A stretch of DNA of 64,000 nt from Podarcis vaucheri (Eukaryota). The first letter of the stretch is position 1. Each line of letters opens with the position of its first letter. Below, piece after piece: positions 38,933-52,225 of this stretch. The position numbers and the translations under genes are program-made. The notes under the pieces were generated by a model. The model saw nothing but the letters and a program-made list of their open reading frames with translations, made no database searches and had not been told where the DNA came from. The DNA is taken from the NCBI GenBank assembly GCA_965113315.1, contig OZ220365.1, one strand, 5' to 3'.

Positions 38933-41900
38933 ATAATAATAATAATAATAATAATAATAAATTTTATTTATATCCCGCCCTCCCCAGCCGAAGCCGGGCT
39001 CAGGGCGGCTAACAACAATAAAAATAGTTCAACATTCTAAAACATTCATTATAACATTAATTAAATCAAATTAAAATCAAATTAATGGCAACCATCAAGC
39101 AAATTTTTGTGCAGATTGCCAGAGGAGGGGGTCAGGCTGCGCCCTGACAAAAGGCCTGGTGGAACAGCTCTGTCTTGCAGGCCCTGCGGAAGGATGCCAG
39201 GTCCTGCAGGGCTCTAGTCTCTTGTGACAGAGCGTTCCACCAGCTTGGAGCCGCGGCCGAGAAGGCCCTGGATCTAGTTGAGGCCAGCCTAACCTCTCTG
39301 AGGCCTGGGATCTTTAGGGTGTTTTTATTTGCAGACCGTAAATTTCTCTGTGGGACATACCAGGAGAGGCGGTCCCGTAGGTACGAGGGTCCTAGGCCGT
39401 ATAGGGCTTTAAAGGTTAAAACCAGCACCTTAAACCTGATCCTGTACTCCACCGGGAGCCAGTGCAGCTGGTACAGCACCGGATGGATATGATCTCGCAG
39501 CGAAGACCCCGTAAGGAGTCTCGCTGCGGCATTCTGCACCCGCTGGAGTTTCTGGGTCAGTCTCAAGGGCAGCCCCACGTAGAGCGAGTTACAATAATCC
39601 AGTCTGGAGGTGACCGTCGCATGGATCACAGTGGCTAGGTCAGGGCGAGAGAGATAAGGAGCCAACTGCTTAGCCTGGCGGAGATGAAAAAATGCCGCCT
39701 TTGTTATAGCTGTAATCTGCGCCTCCATAGAGAGGGAGGTATCGAAGATTACACCCAAGCTCTTCACGGATGATGCTGGCACTAATTGCACCCCCGCAAG
39801 AGACGGGAGTTGCCCCCTCAATCCCATATCGCTCCGTCCCAGCCAGAGGACCTCTGTCTTCGAAGGATTTAACTTCAACCGGCTCCCACGTAACCATCCA
39901 GCCACAGCTTCCAGACATCTGGTCAGTGTATCTGGGGCCGAGTCAGGATGGCCATCCATCAACAGATAGAGTTGGGTGTCATCGGCATACTGATGGCAAC
40001 CCAGCCCAAAACTCCGGACAAGCTGGGCGAGGGGGCGCATAAAGATGTTAAAAAGCATCGGGGAGAGAATCGCACCCTGAGGCACTCCACACACCAAGGA
40101 GTGGCGCGATGACAATTCCCCCCCAAGCGCCACCCTCTGTCCCCGACCGGAGAGAAACGAGCGCAGCCATTGAAGGACTGTGCCCTGGATCCCCACGTCG
40201 GCAAGGCGGCGGTCCAGGAGTTCGTGATCGACCATGTCAAAGGCTGCTGACAGGTCTAGAAGAATCAGCAGCCCCGACCCGCCTCGATCCAGCTGCCTGC
40301 GGAGATCATCTGTTAGGGCGACCAGAGCCGTCTCGGTCCCATGACCAGCGCGGAAGCCGGACTGGAATGGGTCGAGAGCAGATGTTTCATCCAGAAACCT
40401 ACCAAGCTGTTCAGCAACCGCTCTCTCAATCACCTTACCCAGGAATGGAAGATTCGAAACCGGGCGGTAATTGGATAGATCTAAAGGATCTAATGATGTT
40501 TTCTTTAAGAGCGGACGCACCACTGCCTCCTTCAGTTCCCCTGGGAATATCCCAGTGCCAAGGGACAAATTGATGATATCACCCAGGGGGGCCCGCACCT
40601 CGTCTGGACACGCTCTAATCAGCCAGGACGGGCACGGGTCAAGAGGACAAGTGGTGGGCTTTCCAGCTTGGAGGAGTCTGTCCACATCAGCTGGGGATAT
40701 CCGGTCAAAGTGGTCCAATACTGGACCCGAGGACAGTCGAGGGGCCTCCAGTTCCTTCATTGTATCCAAATTGGCAGGGAGGTCATGGCGGAGCAACAGG
40801 ACCTTCTCCGCAAAAGAGCTCGCAAATGCCTCGCAGCTGTGTGCCGAATTGTTATTTAAATTTGGCTGTCCTTCGAGGGACGTTAAAGACCTAATTATAC
40901 TAAATAATTGCGCCGGGCGAGAGCTAGCGGAGGCAATGGAGGCCGAGAAGTAGGACTTCTTAGCGGCCTTCACTGCCATCTCGTAGGTTTTCATAAAAAC
41001 CCTATAAGATGTTCTTGAAGCTCCGTCACGGGCACCCCGCCATACTCGCTCTAGCCGTCTGAGGTCCCGCTTCATTTTCCGAAGCTCCTCGGTAAACCAG
41101 GGAGCCCGGTTTCTGCGGGGTCGCAGAGGGCGCCTAGGTGCGATCTCATCGATGGCTGCCAGGAGCTGGATATTCCAGCCCTCAACAAGCTCAGTCAATG
41201 AGTCGCCAGGGGGAGCAAGGTCCCGCAAGGCCTGACGGAATCTATCAGGGTCCATCAGCCTCCGCGGGCGAGCCCAAATTGGCTCGCCACCTAAGCAGGG
41301 TGGGGGTGGAAAATCAATCCTGGCTTTCAGTGCATAGTGATCAGACCATGGCACCTTCATCGAGGGAGACATGATCACATCTATACCGGCGCCAAAGATC
41401 AAATCCAGCGTGTGGCCTGCTTGATGTGTGGGGCCCGAAACAAACTGGGAGAGCCCTAGTGTCGCCATGGAAGACACCAGGTCCAGAGCCTGTGAGGAGG
41501 GAGTGGCATCAGCATGGATGTTAAAGTCCCCCAGTACCAATAGGTTGGGGAACTCCAAGGCCCAGCCGGCCACCGCCTCCAGCAGGCCTGACAGGGTGGC
41601 TGCTGGTGCGCTAGGTGGCCGGTACACCAGCCAGACAGCCAAGCTCTCCTCGGAGCCCCACACTAGGCCAACACATTCAATGCCGGGGATCGATGGCGAT
41701 GGTAGAGCCCTGAAAGAACAGTCTTCTCGGATTAATAATGCCACCCCTCCCCCCCGGCCCACAGTCCGCGACTGGTGGAGGACGGAGAAACCCGGGGGCG
41801 CCATCTCTCGTAAGGTAACAGTTTCCCCTTCGCGCACCCAGGTCTCCGTCACACAAGCCAGGTCAACCCCCTGCGAGGTGAAGAAGTCTCGCAGGGTGGC

Positions 41901-42545
41901 GGTTTTTTTGCCTATAGACCTGGCATTGCACAACACCAGTGACGGAGGTGAGTAATCCTTGCTCACCCTACCTTCGTCCCTCGGGATGGGGCGCAGATTG
42001 GAAGGGGTACGAGCATATCCATATCTCGATCCCCTTCGCCTATGACATCTGCCCCCACCGCCATACCTCCCTCGCCCCACTACGGTAGCAATCCCAGGCC
42101 TCAAACCAACCTCCATTTACAGAATAGAAACGAGTCAAATCAAAAACAATTGTACCAACACAACAAATCCCCACCCCACTCAATAGCCAACCCCAAACCA
42201 AAATAAAACAGAACAAAATAGAAATACATCAATAAAAACCACCGTTCATGGTGGTACAACAAAGTAAAAAGTAAAACCCCCTATAAAACATTTTAAAACA
42301 TATAAAAACATTTTAAACATTTGCCACGGCAACACCAGTGTCCTTAAAACAGTAGCGGTGGCGAGTGTGGGCCCCGCCCCCTAGGCCTGAGAGGAGTGTG
42401 CCTACAGGAGGGAGCGGCCTTCCTCAACCCCCACGGTGAAGCCGCAGCAGTGGTGTCCCGGTGCCTCATGAGGCCTCTTAAGACAGGAGAGTCCTCCTGG
42501 GCAGCAGACGCAGCAGTCCCTGTGAGTCCTTCAGGCCCCGCCTCT
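38933..42545 (-). mobile_element. Near full-length L2 LINE with 3' stem-loop and (TTA)n tail; 5' end approximate
   Basis: Intact ORF, ~170 nt 3' UTR with hairpin at 38975-39008, (TAA)n on + strand at 38933-38960, GC-rich 5' leader ending near 42545. No clear TSD found. Confidence 0.88.
39132..42116 (-). CDS. L2-clade LINE polyprotein (APE endonuclease + reverse transcriptase), uninterrupted 994 aa
   Basis: APE motifs CNARS, VTETW, GGGVA, YRPP, GDFN, TLDLIF, SDH; RT motifs YRPVS, QSGFR, LDLSAAFD, GVPQG, YADD, LNPSKT; L2-type C-terminus LHWLPV..RIRFK. Confidence 0.95.
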   Translation of the reverse strand: MEVGLRPGIATVVGRGRYGGGGRCHRRRGSRYGYARTPSNLRPIPRDEGRVSKDYSPPSLVLCNARSIGKKTATLRDFFTSQGVDLACVTETWVREGETVTLREMAPPGFSVLHQSRTVGRGGGVALLIREDCSFRALPSPSIPGIECVGLVWGSEESLAVWLVYRPPSAPAATLSGLLEAVAGWALEFPNLLVLGDFNIHADATPSSQALDLVSSMATLGLSQFVSGPTHQAGHTLDLIFGAGIDVIMSPSMKVPWSDHYALKARIDFPPPPCLGGEPIWARPRRLMDPDRFRQALRDLAPPGDSLTELVEGWNIQLLAAIDEIAPRRPLRPRRNRAPWFTEELRKMKRDLRRLERVWRGARDGASRTSYRVFMKTYEMAVKAAKKSYFSASIASASSRPAQLFSIIRSLTSLEGQPNLNNNSAHSCEAFASSFAEKVLLLRHDLPANLDTMKELEAPRLSSGPVLDHFDRISPADVDRLLQAGKPTTCPLDPCPSWLIRACPDEVRAPLGDIINLSLGTGIFPGELKEAVVRPLLKKTSLDPLDLSNYRPVSNLPFLGKVIERAVAEQLGRFLDETSALDPFQSGFRAGHGTETALVALTDDLRRQLDRGGSGLLILLDLSAAFDMVDHELLDRRLADVGIQGTVLQWLRSFLSGRGQRVALGGELSSRHSLVCGVPQGAILSPMLFNIFMRPLAQLVRSFGLGCHQYADDTQLYLLMDGHPDSAPDTLTRCLEAVAGWLRGSRLKLNPSKTEVLWLGRSDMGLRGQLPSLAGVQLVPASSVKSLGVIFDTSLSMEAQITAITKAAFFHLRQAKQLAPYLSRPDLATVIHATVTSRLDYCNSLYVGLPLRLTQKLQRVQNAAARLLTGSSLRDHIHPVLYQLHWLPVEYRIRFKVLVLTFKALYGLGPSYLRDRLSWYVPQRNLRSANKNTLKIPGLREVRLASTRSRAFSAAAPSWWNALSQETRALQDLASFRRACKTELFHQAFCQGAA

Positions 42546-45429
42546 TCTATTTTCTACTACCCTAGCAAACTGGAGACTTAAAAAACAAAAACAAAAGAAA
42601 TCTCAAAGAGATTGCGCTGCACGGGAGATTAAAATGATAGACGCAAGACATCCAAGTGTCTTTTGTTTCCTCACAGACCATCCAAGGGTCCAGGATCATG
42701 AGAAAGGGGCAGCGGGGTTCTTGTGAGGCCCCAGCCATGTTTGGCGTAAAGAGACGCCAGCTGGCCTCATCCACAGCCAAGAAAACGGGCCGAAGGAAAA
42801 CGTCAAGGGAAAGTAGAAACAGATGGTAACCTGAGGTGGCAGTATGGCTTTATTTATTTACTGTGGCGGCTTTCTTATTTATTTATTTGGCTTTATTTAT
42901 TTATTTAATTCGAGAAATGCATCTGCTCCCACTAGGGAGTCTCTTCAGTTTTACTCGTTACTGCTGGCTAATCAAGTTCTCCAAATTTAAAGGGAGGGGA
43001 AATATATCAGGTTGGTTGAGAGCGCTTTGGGTTTATCAAATGATAACTTTATGTGCTGCCCAATGGAGGTTAAAGTGAGTCTGGAAAACATATGCTCACA
43101 ATCTCTTGGTGTTACTCTATTCGGGTGGTTGGTTGGGAGTGGGGCGGAGGGTGGTGGGGCAGAACAGGGGCAGAAGGTTTTAGACAGATATTCTAGACTG
43201 AAATTGCAACCTCCTTCCAGGCCCGTCTGAGGGATTCCATATTTCAGAAGAGTGAAGATTTTAGAAAGAAGAAATATGGAGTGCCATTTTCCATGATCCT
43301 GAAAGAAAACAAATGGCCACCTATGGCCTTAATGTGGTATCCAATGGACAAGTTGTTGTTTTGCTGCTTGAAGCCATGATTCAGAATCTTGAGAATCATC
43401 AACTTTCAATAAAAGAGAGGGAAATGGCATGTTTCTTTACTTAACATTTTACTAAATATCACTCTCTCACTTCATAAAGTGAAGTGTCTCACATACAGAT
43501 GCACTGGGCACCAAAATGGAGATGAGACAGGGATGGAGGCCTCAGAGAAAGGAGAGATCCAAGGTTTTTCAAAAAGGAAGGCCTACCTCCTCACAAAAAC
43601 ACATCCACACTACAAACCAAGTCATACGTAGGTGGAAATTTGCTTTTATCCCTGTGGATGAATTGTGCACGACAGTGCAGGATGGGTTGGAGAGGGAAGG
43701 GACAAGGAGTGGTGGCATGAGCAAGTTTTTATCCGGATGCATAAAGAATTCCTTTTTGAAAAGCCTAGGAGTTCCTCCTTTCTCTGATGCCTCACAAGCC
43801 AAATGAGAAGCCCTGGTGGACCTAATTAGGCCCGAGAGATGGAGGTTTCATACTGTTCATTAAAAGTAAGGAGAGGGAATGGAAGGGATGAGTGTTTTGG
43901 TGACTAGCAGGAGTGAGATTATTCCAAGCCCTCCGACTGGCTCTTTACTATTCATAAAGTGGCTGTGTCCTACACGTGAATGTACTGGGCACGAAAATGA
44001 AGAAAGAGAGAGGGACAGAGTAAGGAGAAATCAAAAGGGAAGGCACACCAGAGGCAGGGGTGGAGGACTGTACATGCACACTGCCCTCAAGAAAACATTG
44101 ATACGTCAGAGAGTTGGGTATGAGGCTGAAGAGAACACTATTTGCTTCTCTGGAGTCTTGAATCTAAAGGCAAGGGAGTCTGGAGTCTTCACACACTCCT
44201 TGATGCAATCCTCACCAACCCCAAAGTGTAGGAGCTAGAAGCTGCAGAATCGGACAATGGCATTTTAAGAAACAGATAGTTCCTCATAGTTCCTCACCAT
44301 CTCATCTGATGCAGACCAGTCTTTATAAGGCCTAAAAATGCTATTGAGGCAACACTCTCCTTGGATAATTTCATTCCAGTCAGAAGGTGCCACAGTGACC
44401 TGTCCAGGGTCCTGACAGGCCTGGCCTACCTTCATTGGCTATTAAAATACATACATACGATGCCTTAAAAGAATTGAAACCAAAAACCCGTTGTAGTTTG
44501 TCTAAGATGAAATGCAATGCTTGGACATTCTGAAACTTGCCTAATAATTAAAAGAAAAAGGGGGGAAAAGCCCCCAATAAAATTCTCAAGAGGCACGCTG
44601 AAGATTGTTCTGGGAACCTTATTAGAGGTTCTCTAGCCTTCTGATAAAATCTTCCTTGAAACAAATATGTGACACTGTAGAAGCCAAACAGCCCAGAAGG
44701 AAAGGGTTCTCTCTCCTCCCTGCACACACTGCATACCACAGACTTCACTTTAAAAAAAAGTGGGGGGGGATGGCTGATTGATATTCCACATTCCTCTCAC
44801 CCACATTTAGTGTGACCAATAAATATGCTGAATTATGAGCAACCCCCCCCCCAACCACTTATACTGCATTGGCACACCCTATAATGGTAGCCTGTTTCGG
44901 TTCCATAGCTTTTGGTGTCCTTTTGATATAAGAATTAATAGCAAAAGGACCTCAGAGGGCTTCTTGGGTGGGCATGTATATATTTCTCCAGTCCACTGCT
45001 GTTGTTTTCATATTTTGGCAAATGGAACGTACTAATCCTTAAACCCATTTCAAATTATTTCCAAAATTTGGGTAGATGGGATTACCAATATGCATTCTCT
45101 GGGAAAAGTGAAACCGGGTAAGTGTTTGTGTTGGAGGGGGTGAAGCGGGGAAAGGAAATGCTTTCAAATCACACGACTCCATTGTAGACCAAGGTAGAGT
45201 TTGGTATGAATTGCTTTTACTCCAGAGGCCTACCCTAGCCCCATCTGCTGTGTCTTTAATAGGTAACACAACAAATCCCGCTCTTTCTTCCTCTCTGTCT
45301 TGGGAGCTGCTGCCTTGACTTCCCCAAAGGTGCTGGGCTTCACACGGCTTGTAAAAAGCTGTTTGGCAGCTAAGAGAAAATGATGCAGACACATTTTTCA
45401 TCCTGACCTCCTCCCACCCCCTAGTCCCC

Positions 45430-45770
45430 CACTCCTAACCACAGTTAATTCTTCCCTTTTGCCCTGTGTTATAGGACTTACGTCCGGAAACAATAGGAGC
45501 CTAGCACCTTCCCATATGATCTCCTTCTTCGTTTTAGCTGCTTGTAAAAACCTATCCCAGTCCCTGGAGTCCCGACGAGTAATAAGTACAGTGCCTCCAG
45601 CATTGCCTTCTCCAGATGGGATTCTCATCGGGGTTGAGTCTGCGAACTGAACTCAAACGAGGAGCTTCGGAAAAATCAACAGCCAACCTGTCTGGCAATA
45701 GTTTACTGCACGATATCTGTATCCAGCTTCCTGACTGGATCTCTTCAAAACAGGGATATTCCATTGTTTC
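45430..45770 (-). mobile_element. Decayed L1 ORF1 fragment
   Basis: FLQAAKTKKEIIWEGARLLLFPDVSPITQGKREEL resembles the L1 ORF1p C-terminal region; frameshifted. Confidence 0.55.
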
Positions 45771-48095
45771 AGTAGTTTTTCAGGGTTACCAGCCAGATCC
45801 CTGATGCAAAGGGAACATTCTCAGTTAAGAGCTGCCACTCATGGTTTTGGCTGAAGGGAAATCTCATCATACACCACCTGTGTTATTAGGCCAGGCAGGG
45901 CACATTTGGCAGATGCCAAAGGAGGCTTTGGGGGCCTAGGAAAGCAGGGAGGCTACACAGACTGAAGGGGGTTTGGATGAGAGATAGAAACTGCTTGGTG
46001 GCTGAGCCAAAATTTGTCAGAAAGGAATGCTCAGACTTTTGAAATTATATATTTCCCCCTTCAAACTCCTGTAATCCTACTGAAGAATTTCACTCCTCCC
46101 CTGGGGAACATTTTGCAGAAAGGCCCCCACACCCGCAATTATATTTTAATATTGATGGAGGAAACGATGGACTGGACCCCTACTTCTTCCAGCCCTTCTC
46201 TGTTAGCCCATACCTACCTGGGAACTTCATGGGCTTTGAGCAACAATAAGGGAGTGAAAATTTCTCAGAAGAAAATTTCTGAGAAAAAAACTGCTGGTGA
46301 ATTTATCATCATTATTATTATTTTGCTGAATTGTCACATGGTTGGCAAGGGCAGGTGAATTGGCATGAGAAGTGAAAGGCAGGACTAGGCGCCAAGCAGG
46401 GACAACTTGCCATGCGGTCATTTCAGCCCCTGCCTCTGATGGCAATAGCATCACAAGAGGTAAAACCTCACAAGAGCCATAACTGTCTATTTAAAACCTG
46501 GGTGGGACTTAGATCGAGGTTATTCACCCCTATCAGGTTTGGCCCTTTCAAAAGCTATTGAGTATATATTGCTTAATTGAAATGGTAGAGTCCTAGCCAC
46601 TGTGAGGCATGAACAAAGCTGGTATGAACACACTGCATTCTGAGACATGAGCACACAGGGCAATGGGCTTTCAAATATTACATCAAATATATGCAGGTCT
46701 GCCATGTGGAGACACTTTCCAGCTTCCTTCATGCTGGAGCTGTGAAACTATAAAACTTAAACTACCGCCAGGTTCAAGTGAATGCATGGCAAATGAGTGA
46801 GGTTATGCAAATTAATTTCTGTATATGATGATGGTTAGATTTCGTATTCACCCTTTAACCATAATGGCAGGTGGGTTACAGCCATTTAAAAATACAACAT
46901 TAAAATCGGTTTCAAGCAAGTTACAGTGAAAAGTATGTATCTCAGCTGTCAAAGAACAGGATAAAGAGGTTTGTCTATATTTTGGTGTGCATCAATAATG
47001 CTTTGACTAAAAGACAGATTTTTTAAAATGTGGACAGTGACCACTTGCACTTGCACCAAATGTTAAAAAGGCCTGTTTAAGGTATTTTATTCTCACTCAG
47101 GACCAGTTCCTCTTCCCTTTTTCTTATTTTTGCAGAAAAGATCCTTAAGCAGCGTACTAAACTCCAGCCACTTTCTACTTGTGCAACTCTCTGTTATTGT
47201 GTAACATTTTCTGGGTGTATTTTTCCAAGAGGGAAAACAGTTCTATGAGGATGAGAGCTATGCAGAGAAGAACACAAGAATTCAGAGCTTGTGATCCCAA
47301 TAAAGAAACCTCAGAATAGTCAGAAATGCACCTACAACCTTTACAGTCATCTTGGGTGTTTTTGATCTGGGATGACTTTGTGTAATGTTGTTTGACATGA
47401 TGCAGTCCCATGTAGTGTGGGTGGCAAAATATGTGTCTGCAGCTACCTTGACCCTGTGGCAGATGCCATGGAGGAATAAAATGGAGAACTCTCTATCTTC
47501 TTGTAATTGTCTCTCCTCCAAGCAATATTTTCATGCATATGTCTTATTCTTTTTGTCACTAGATGGCAGCATGATGGATACATTCACAGCATTTCCCAAC
47601 CATTGATGCTTGGGGAGGCAAATATTTTAAGTGATGTAATCTGTTTAGGACATAGCACATAGCAATGAGTGAAAACATAATCACCAGCTCACCTCATGTT
47701 CATTTCCGAAGATTTATTACAGTGCTGCTGTCATTTGCAATGTAGCATCTGTGTTGTATGTGTGCTGCATTGCAAATAGGTGAATGCACGAATACTATGG
47801 GAGGCTGCTTGGTTTGCCTGGCCCAGGAGCGTCTCTCCTGATGTTGTTGATGTTGCCCCATTTCCCATCAATTTCAATCAGTGTGGTCTATGAGTCAGGA
47901 ATGCTGGAGTCCAGCAACATCTAGAGAACAGTGGTGCCATGTCCTAGGGGATGAGTTCATTTGCCCCCCCCCCCATAATTTTTTTTGGGGGGTGGGCAGG
48001 AGGAGGAAACTGAGTGCCAGAGAAGAGTAGCTGCTGGTTATTGAGGCTGCACTGGAGCCGTGTTCAGTTCTGCTCCTGGCTCCTCCCAACTAACA

Positions 48096-48127
<32 letters not shown>

Positions 48128-49560
48128 GGGCAATTCAAGAGATTACAATGGATAAATTAATTTGAGCACCAAAAATATGTGTTTTTGAATGGCATTAGCT
48201 TTTGCATAAAATGAAATACTAAAATATGACTGGCAATATGATAGCAGCTGCAAAAATTATTATAACTAAGAAGCAAAAAAGAATGAGCAAACCATCCATA
48301 GAAAACTGGCTTCAGAAAGTTTGCTAGGTAAGTGCTCATGTGTAAAATTATTCCTATGGTACATGAGTGCTTGGGGGGAAGAAAAAAAGCATTTCAAAGG
48401 TTTGTGGAAACATGGCAGTGATTTGTAGAACGTTGGAACTCAACAGAGGACTGATGACAATCCACGCCCAGATTTTTCAGATGTTTACATTCAGGAGTGA
48501 TGTACATTGGCTGCATATATTTTTGTACTTGATATTTTTTTAAAAAAAAATGCATTATATAATCCTCATAGCCATGCATAAACAACAACAGATTGCCAGA
48601 AAATCCCAATCCAATTTTGTGGATCCAGTTTGACCACATTACAAGCTTCAGAAGAGACTGAGTTTCTTCTGTGAGCCACTGATTGATGTTCCATCAATTG
48701 TATAAAGATGATCGGTGATCCCTTGAGTTTTTACTGGCACACCACACTTTCTAGAGAATACAGATGTTGGAGAGGGGAGAGGTTGCTTCAGTGTGAAGTG
48801 AGAAAAGTTTCCTTATAAAATGATATCATACATGATTGGTGAGCCAGGTTGAAGTGTGCTTTAGAAGGCTAAAATGATGCCCATCCCTTTTCATGGACTG
48901 TGTTTTTATAACACCCTAATTAACTGAAATGTCTTGATCAGAAAACAGCTTTCTGCATGCATGTCTCCTGTTTTTCAGACCCTGTGGACAATGATTCATT
49001 CTCTCTCTCTCTGGCTTTTATTAGATGATATTTTTTTCGCTCACTACAGGAAAGTACTAATAATTCACACACAATATCCAAAAGCAATCTCTTTGCATAA
49101 AAGTAGTTCTATTTTATAAAGCAATGCAAAGCAGTTGAAAATTTAGCCAGTTTCATATGTTTAAAAGGCAAATTGTTATTAATTGGATTGCATTTTGAAT
49201 GTTCAGGGGGGTTCTTCAGCAGTCTTCTCCCCCCCCCCAAGACTGATTGTGCTGCTACTCAGGAGGTGGGGCAGGATGGGTTGTGCTGGCAGCATCCTGA
49301 CATGGAGCAAACAGCTACAAAGAACATCCCATTAAGTCAGCAGCGCTTAATTCCAAGTAATTTTCCAGTTTCTAAGCCATGCTTAGAAAGCATCTTTCCC
49401 ATATGGATTGACTCTACTGCCAATGTAGAAGGGTGGGAGAGGTAGAGAGAACCACCTAGTAGTTATTGGGATTGCAGGAGTGACGGACCAAGCATACACG
49501 TCCTACACTAAGCATGGGGAGAGAGAACTTGGTGTTAGATTCACAGCGCAAAACCCTATA

Positions 49561-49802
49561 CAGTGGTACCTCAGGTTACATATGCTTCAGGTTACATACG
49601 CTTCAGGTTACAGACTCCGCTAACCCAGAAATAGTGCTTCAGGTTAAGAACTTTGCTTCAGGATGAGAACAGAAATCGTGCTCCGGCGGTGCAGCGGCAG
49701 CAGGAGGCCCCATTAGCTAAAGTGGTGCTTCAGGTTAAGAACAGTTTCAGGTTAAGAACGGACCTCCGGAACGAATTAAGTACTTAACCTGAGATACCAC
49801 TG
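49561..49802. mobile_element. Tc1/Mariner MITE, family A
   Basis: TIRs and TA TSD; inserted in an older palindromic repeat (49545-49866). Confidence 0.9.
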
Positions 49803-52225
49803 TACATCTCTACTGACTGAATTCATTGTGTCTTACCTCCAGGTAAGTGAGTATAGGACTGCAGCCTTGGTCAAAAATAAATAAATAAATGCCCCCATGC
49901 CTGTTAGCTGATTATCTCTATCAGCTAAACCAGTGCTAATTTGGGGGAGTGAACATGGTGTCTTCCAGATGTTGTGCATTGGCTATTCTGGGTGGTGCTG
50001 ATGGGAGTTGGAGTCCAACATCTGGAAGATGCTAGGTTGGTAGCCCAGACATTCAGCGTAGCATGCAATTTCTAGTTATATTATGGGATCACCCACTGGC
50101 AGCACAATCCCTGTCCCAATGTGTTCACTCAGAAGTAAACCAATTTGAAATAAATGGAACTTCTTGCCAGGTAAGTGTGTTTGTGTATATTTATATAGTG
50201 TGTATACACATATAAAGGATTTCAGCCTAAAGTGCTTAAATCCATAGGTCTCTAAAGCAGCCGCTACAAAGACCTTTGGAAAGACCCATGATTGAAATCT
50301 CTCTCTCTCTGAGCACGATGACTCAATGAGAAAATGGCTTTCAGCTCCAGATTGACTTTGGATTTTGTATTTGCAGCTGTTAACATAAACAGAGTTCTCA
50401 GCAGGGCTGCAGCATTGTTTTTTGTTACATGGACAGAAAACTATGCATGGCAATCTGCAGATAGCTTGGAATTTAAGTGCAGTGGTGGATTTAAAAATCC
50501 ACGCCTGAGAATGCCACATGTTCAGGAGTCTTTATCATATTATATCACCTACATATTTCATATTTCACTAGACAGAGCTAAAGAATGTAGGATGTCTTAC
50601 TTTGCAAAGCTCCTAGATTCCTTTCAGTGGTGATGGTAAGTCGCATCCACAGTGTCATTTACACTGTTCTCTGTAGTGGGGCGCAGCATTGCAAGCATGG
50701 TTAACTTGGTGCATGGATCCTGTGTGATGAAGGGGGTAGTCTGGGGAAACCTAGGCTCAGATCCCCACTAGGCCATGAAGTTTATTGTGGGAGATCATTG
50801 GCCAGTCTCTGTGCCTTGTGTGTCTCTGTGTCTTGGCCACCCTCACCCCCATGGGACTGTCATGGGGATACAACAGATATATGTTACATTCTGGACCTGT
50901 TTCAATCAAGGCTATAGAATCATTAACAGCAGGGGAGGTGTATGAATCCAATCATCCTTGACCATTGGCCATGCTGGCCTTGGGCTGATGGGAGATGGAG
51001 TCTGGCAACATCCAGAAGGCCACTAGTTCCTCACCCTTATGGATCAAGACTTTATAAGACAATTTTATAAGAGAAGGTTTTACACAGTTTTTTCTCAGTC
51101 TGTGGCCTCTCTCCTCAGGCCAGAGGGAATGGGTGTTACTCTTAAACTATTTTGCATAGTATGTATTCATTTTTGTACATTTATATCCTGCTTCTCTTCC
51201 AGCATGGAACACAAGATGGTGTACATGTGGGTCCCAGGTATTCACCCATCATGCATTAGCCAAACCAGGCCTGCTTCTCCAGCCAGGTATGTGCCTTCAG
51301 ATCATGCCTTGTGGCCGTAAGTAACACAACACAACAAGACTGCATCCTGTTGTTGCACACTTGGGAGGAGGACAGGCTACGAACAGAACCGGGCTTGCCT
51401 GATTTTCTTCAGTTGTTGTTTTTTCAATCCACAGTGGCAAAAAGAAGGCCGCAGTGCCAATACCAGCCCAAAGTTAGTTGGCTGCAAATAGTTGGAGTGA
51501 TGTTTAAGCCATGGAAGGAGACCTGAAAGAGTCTTTAGGCATCCAGGATGTCTAATATCTCAGAACACTTCATTTTAAGACAGAATTTCATACGGAAAAT
51601 ATCCCTGTAAAATTATATGAGGAAAACTGGGCCCTGGTGGGACTCTTTAAAAAGTAATTACTTTTCCTCCCATGACCTCGGTTTGATCTTACAGAATCCA
51701 AAGAGTTTATGTTTGAGTTGTGTAACTCTCTGGCAAGAGAGCTGTGTGCTGGAGCTGCGTTCAAATGGGACCCGAGAACAGGGTTAAAGAGCCCGAGGGA
51801 AGAGATCACTAATAGTGGTGCATCTGTTAAGTATTCTTGCTGTCCATTTTGGGGGGATTGCTTCTGTCTGAAGTGTATTTTTGAGTTGGCCCAAATTGGC
51901 TTGGCCCATTAGCAGATGCTCAAGGTCATCTAGCAACTTGCCACATAATATACTCTCTCATCTCCAGCCCTGCAAAAACTGATGAATTATTTGCTCTGTC
52001 CAAATAGTCCTTGGACTGCAGTCATACCTTTGAAGAATGAAGGCCTCAGGCCAGGATTCCAAGGGGCGTATGCCCTTGTTTCACACAGGCACATTCCATC
52101 AAGACACTTTAAAGGGATAATGCTGCCAGTACATGTGAGGTATTTTCTTCCTCTGAAACTGCTTTCGTGTCTATTCCTGAGGGCAGCTCTTGAAAACAAA
52201 TATGTCTGAGGAAGATGTCATTCTC

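Noticed and set aside
39175-41955. Several 78-175 aa + strand ORFs within the L2
   Set aside because: Antisense shadows of a GC-rich coding sequence; no recognisable domains.
42570-43150. Possible decayed L1 ORF1 remnant next to the L2 5' end
   Set aside because: Similarity too weak to call by eye; it is on the opposite strand, so it is not an ORF1 of the L2.
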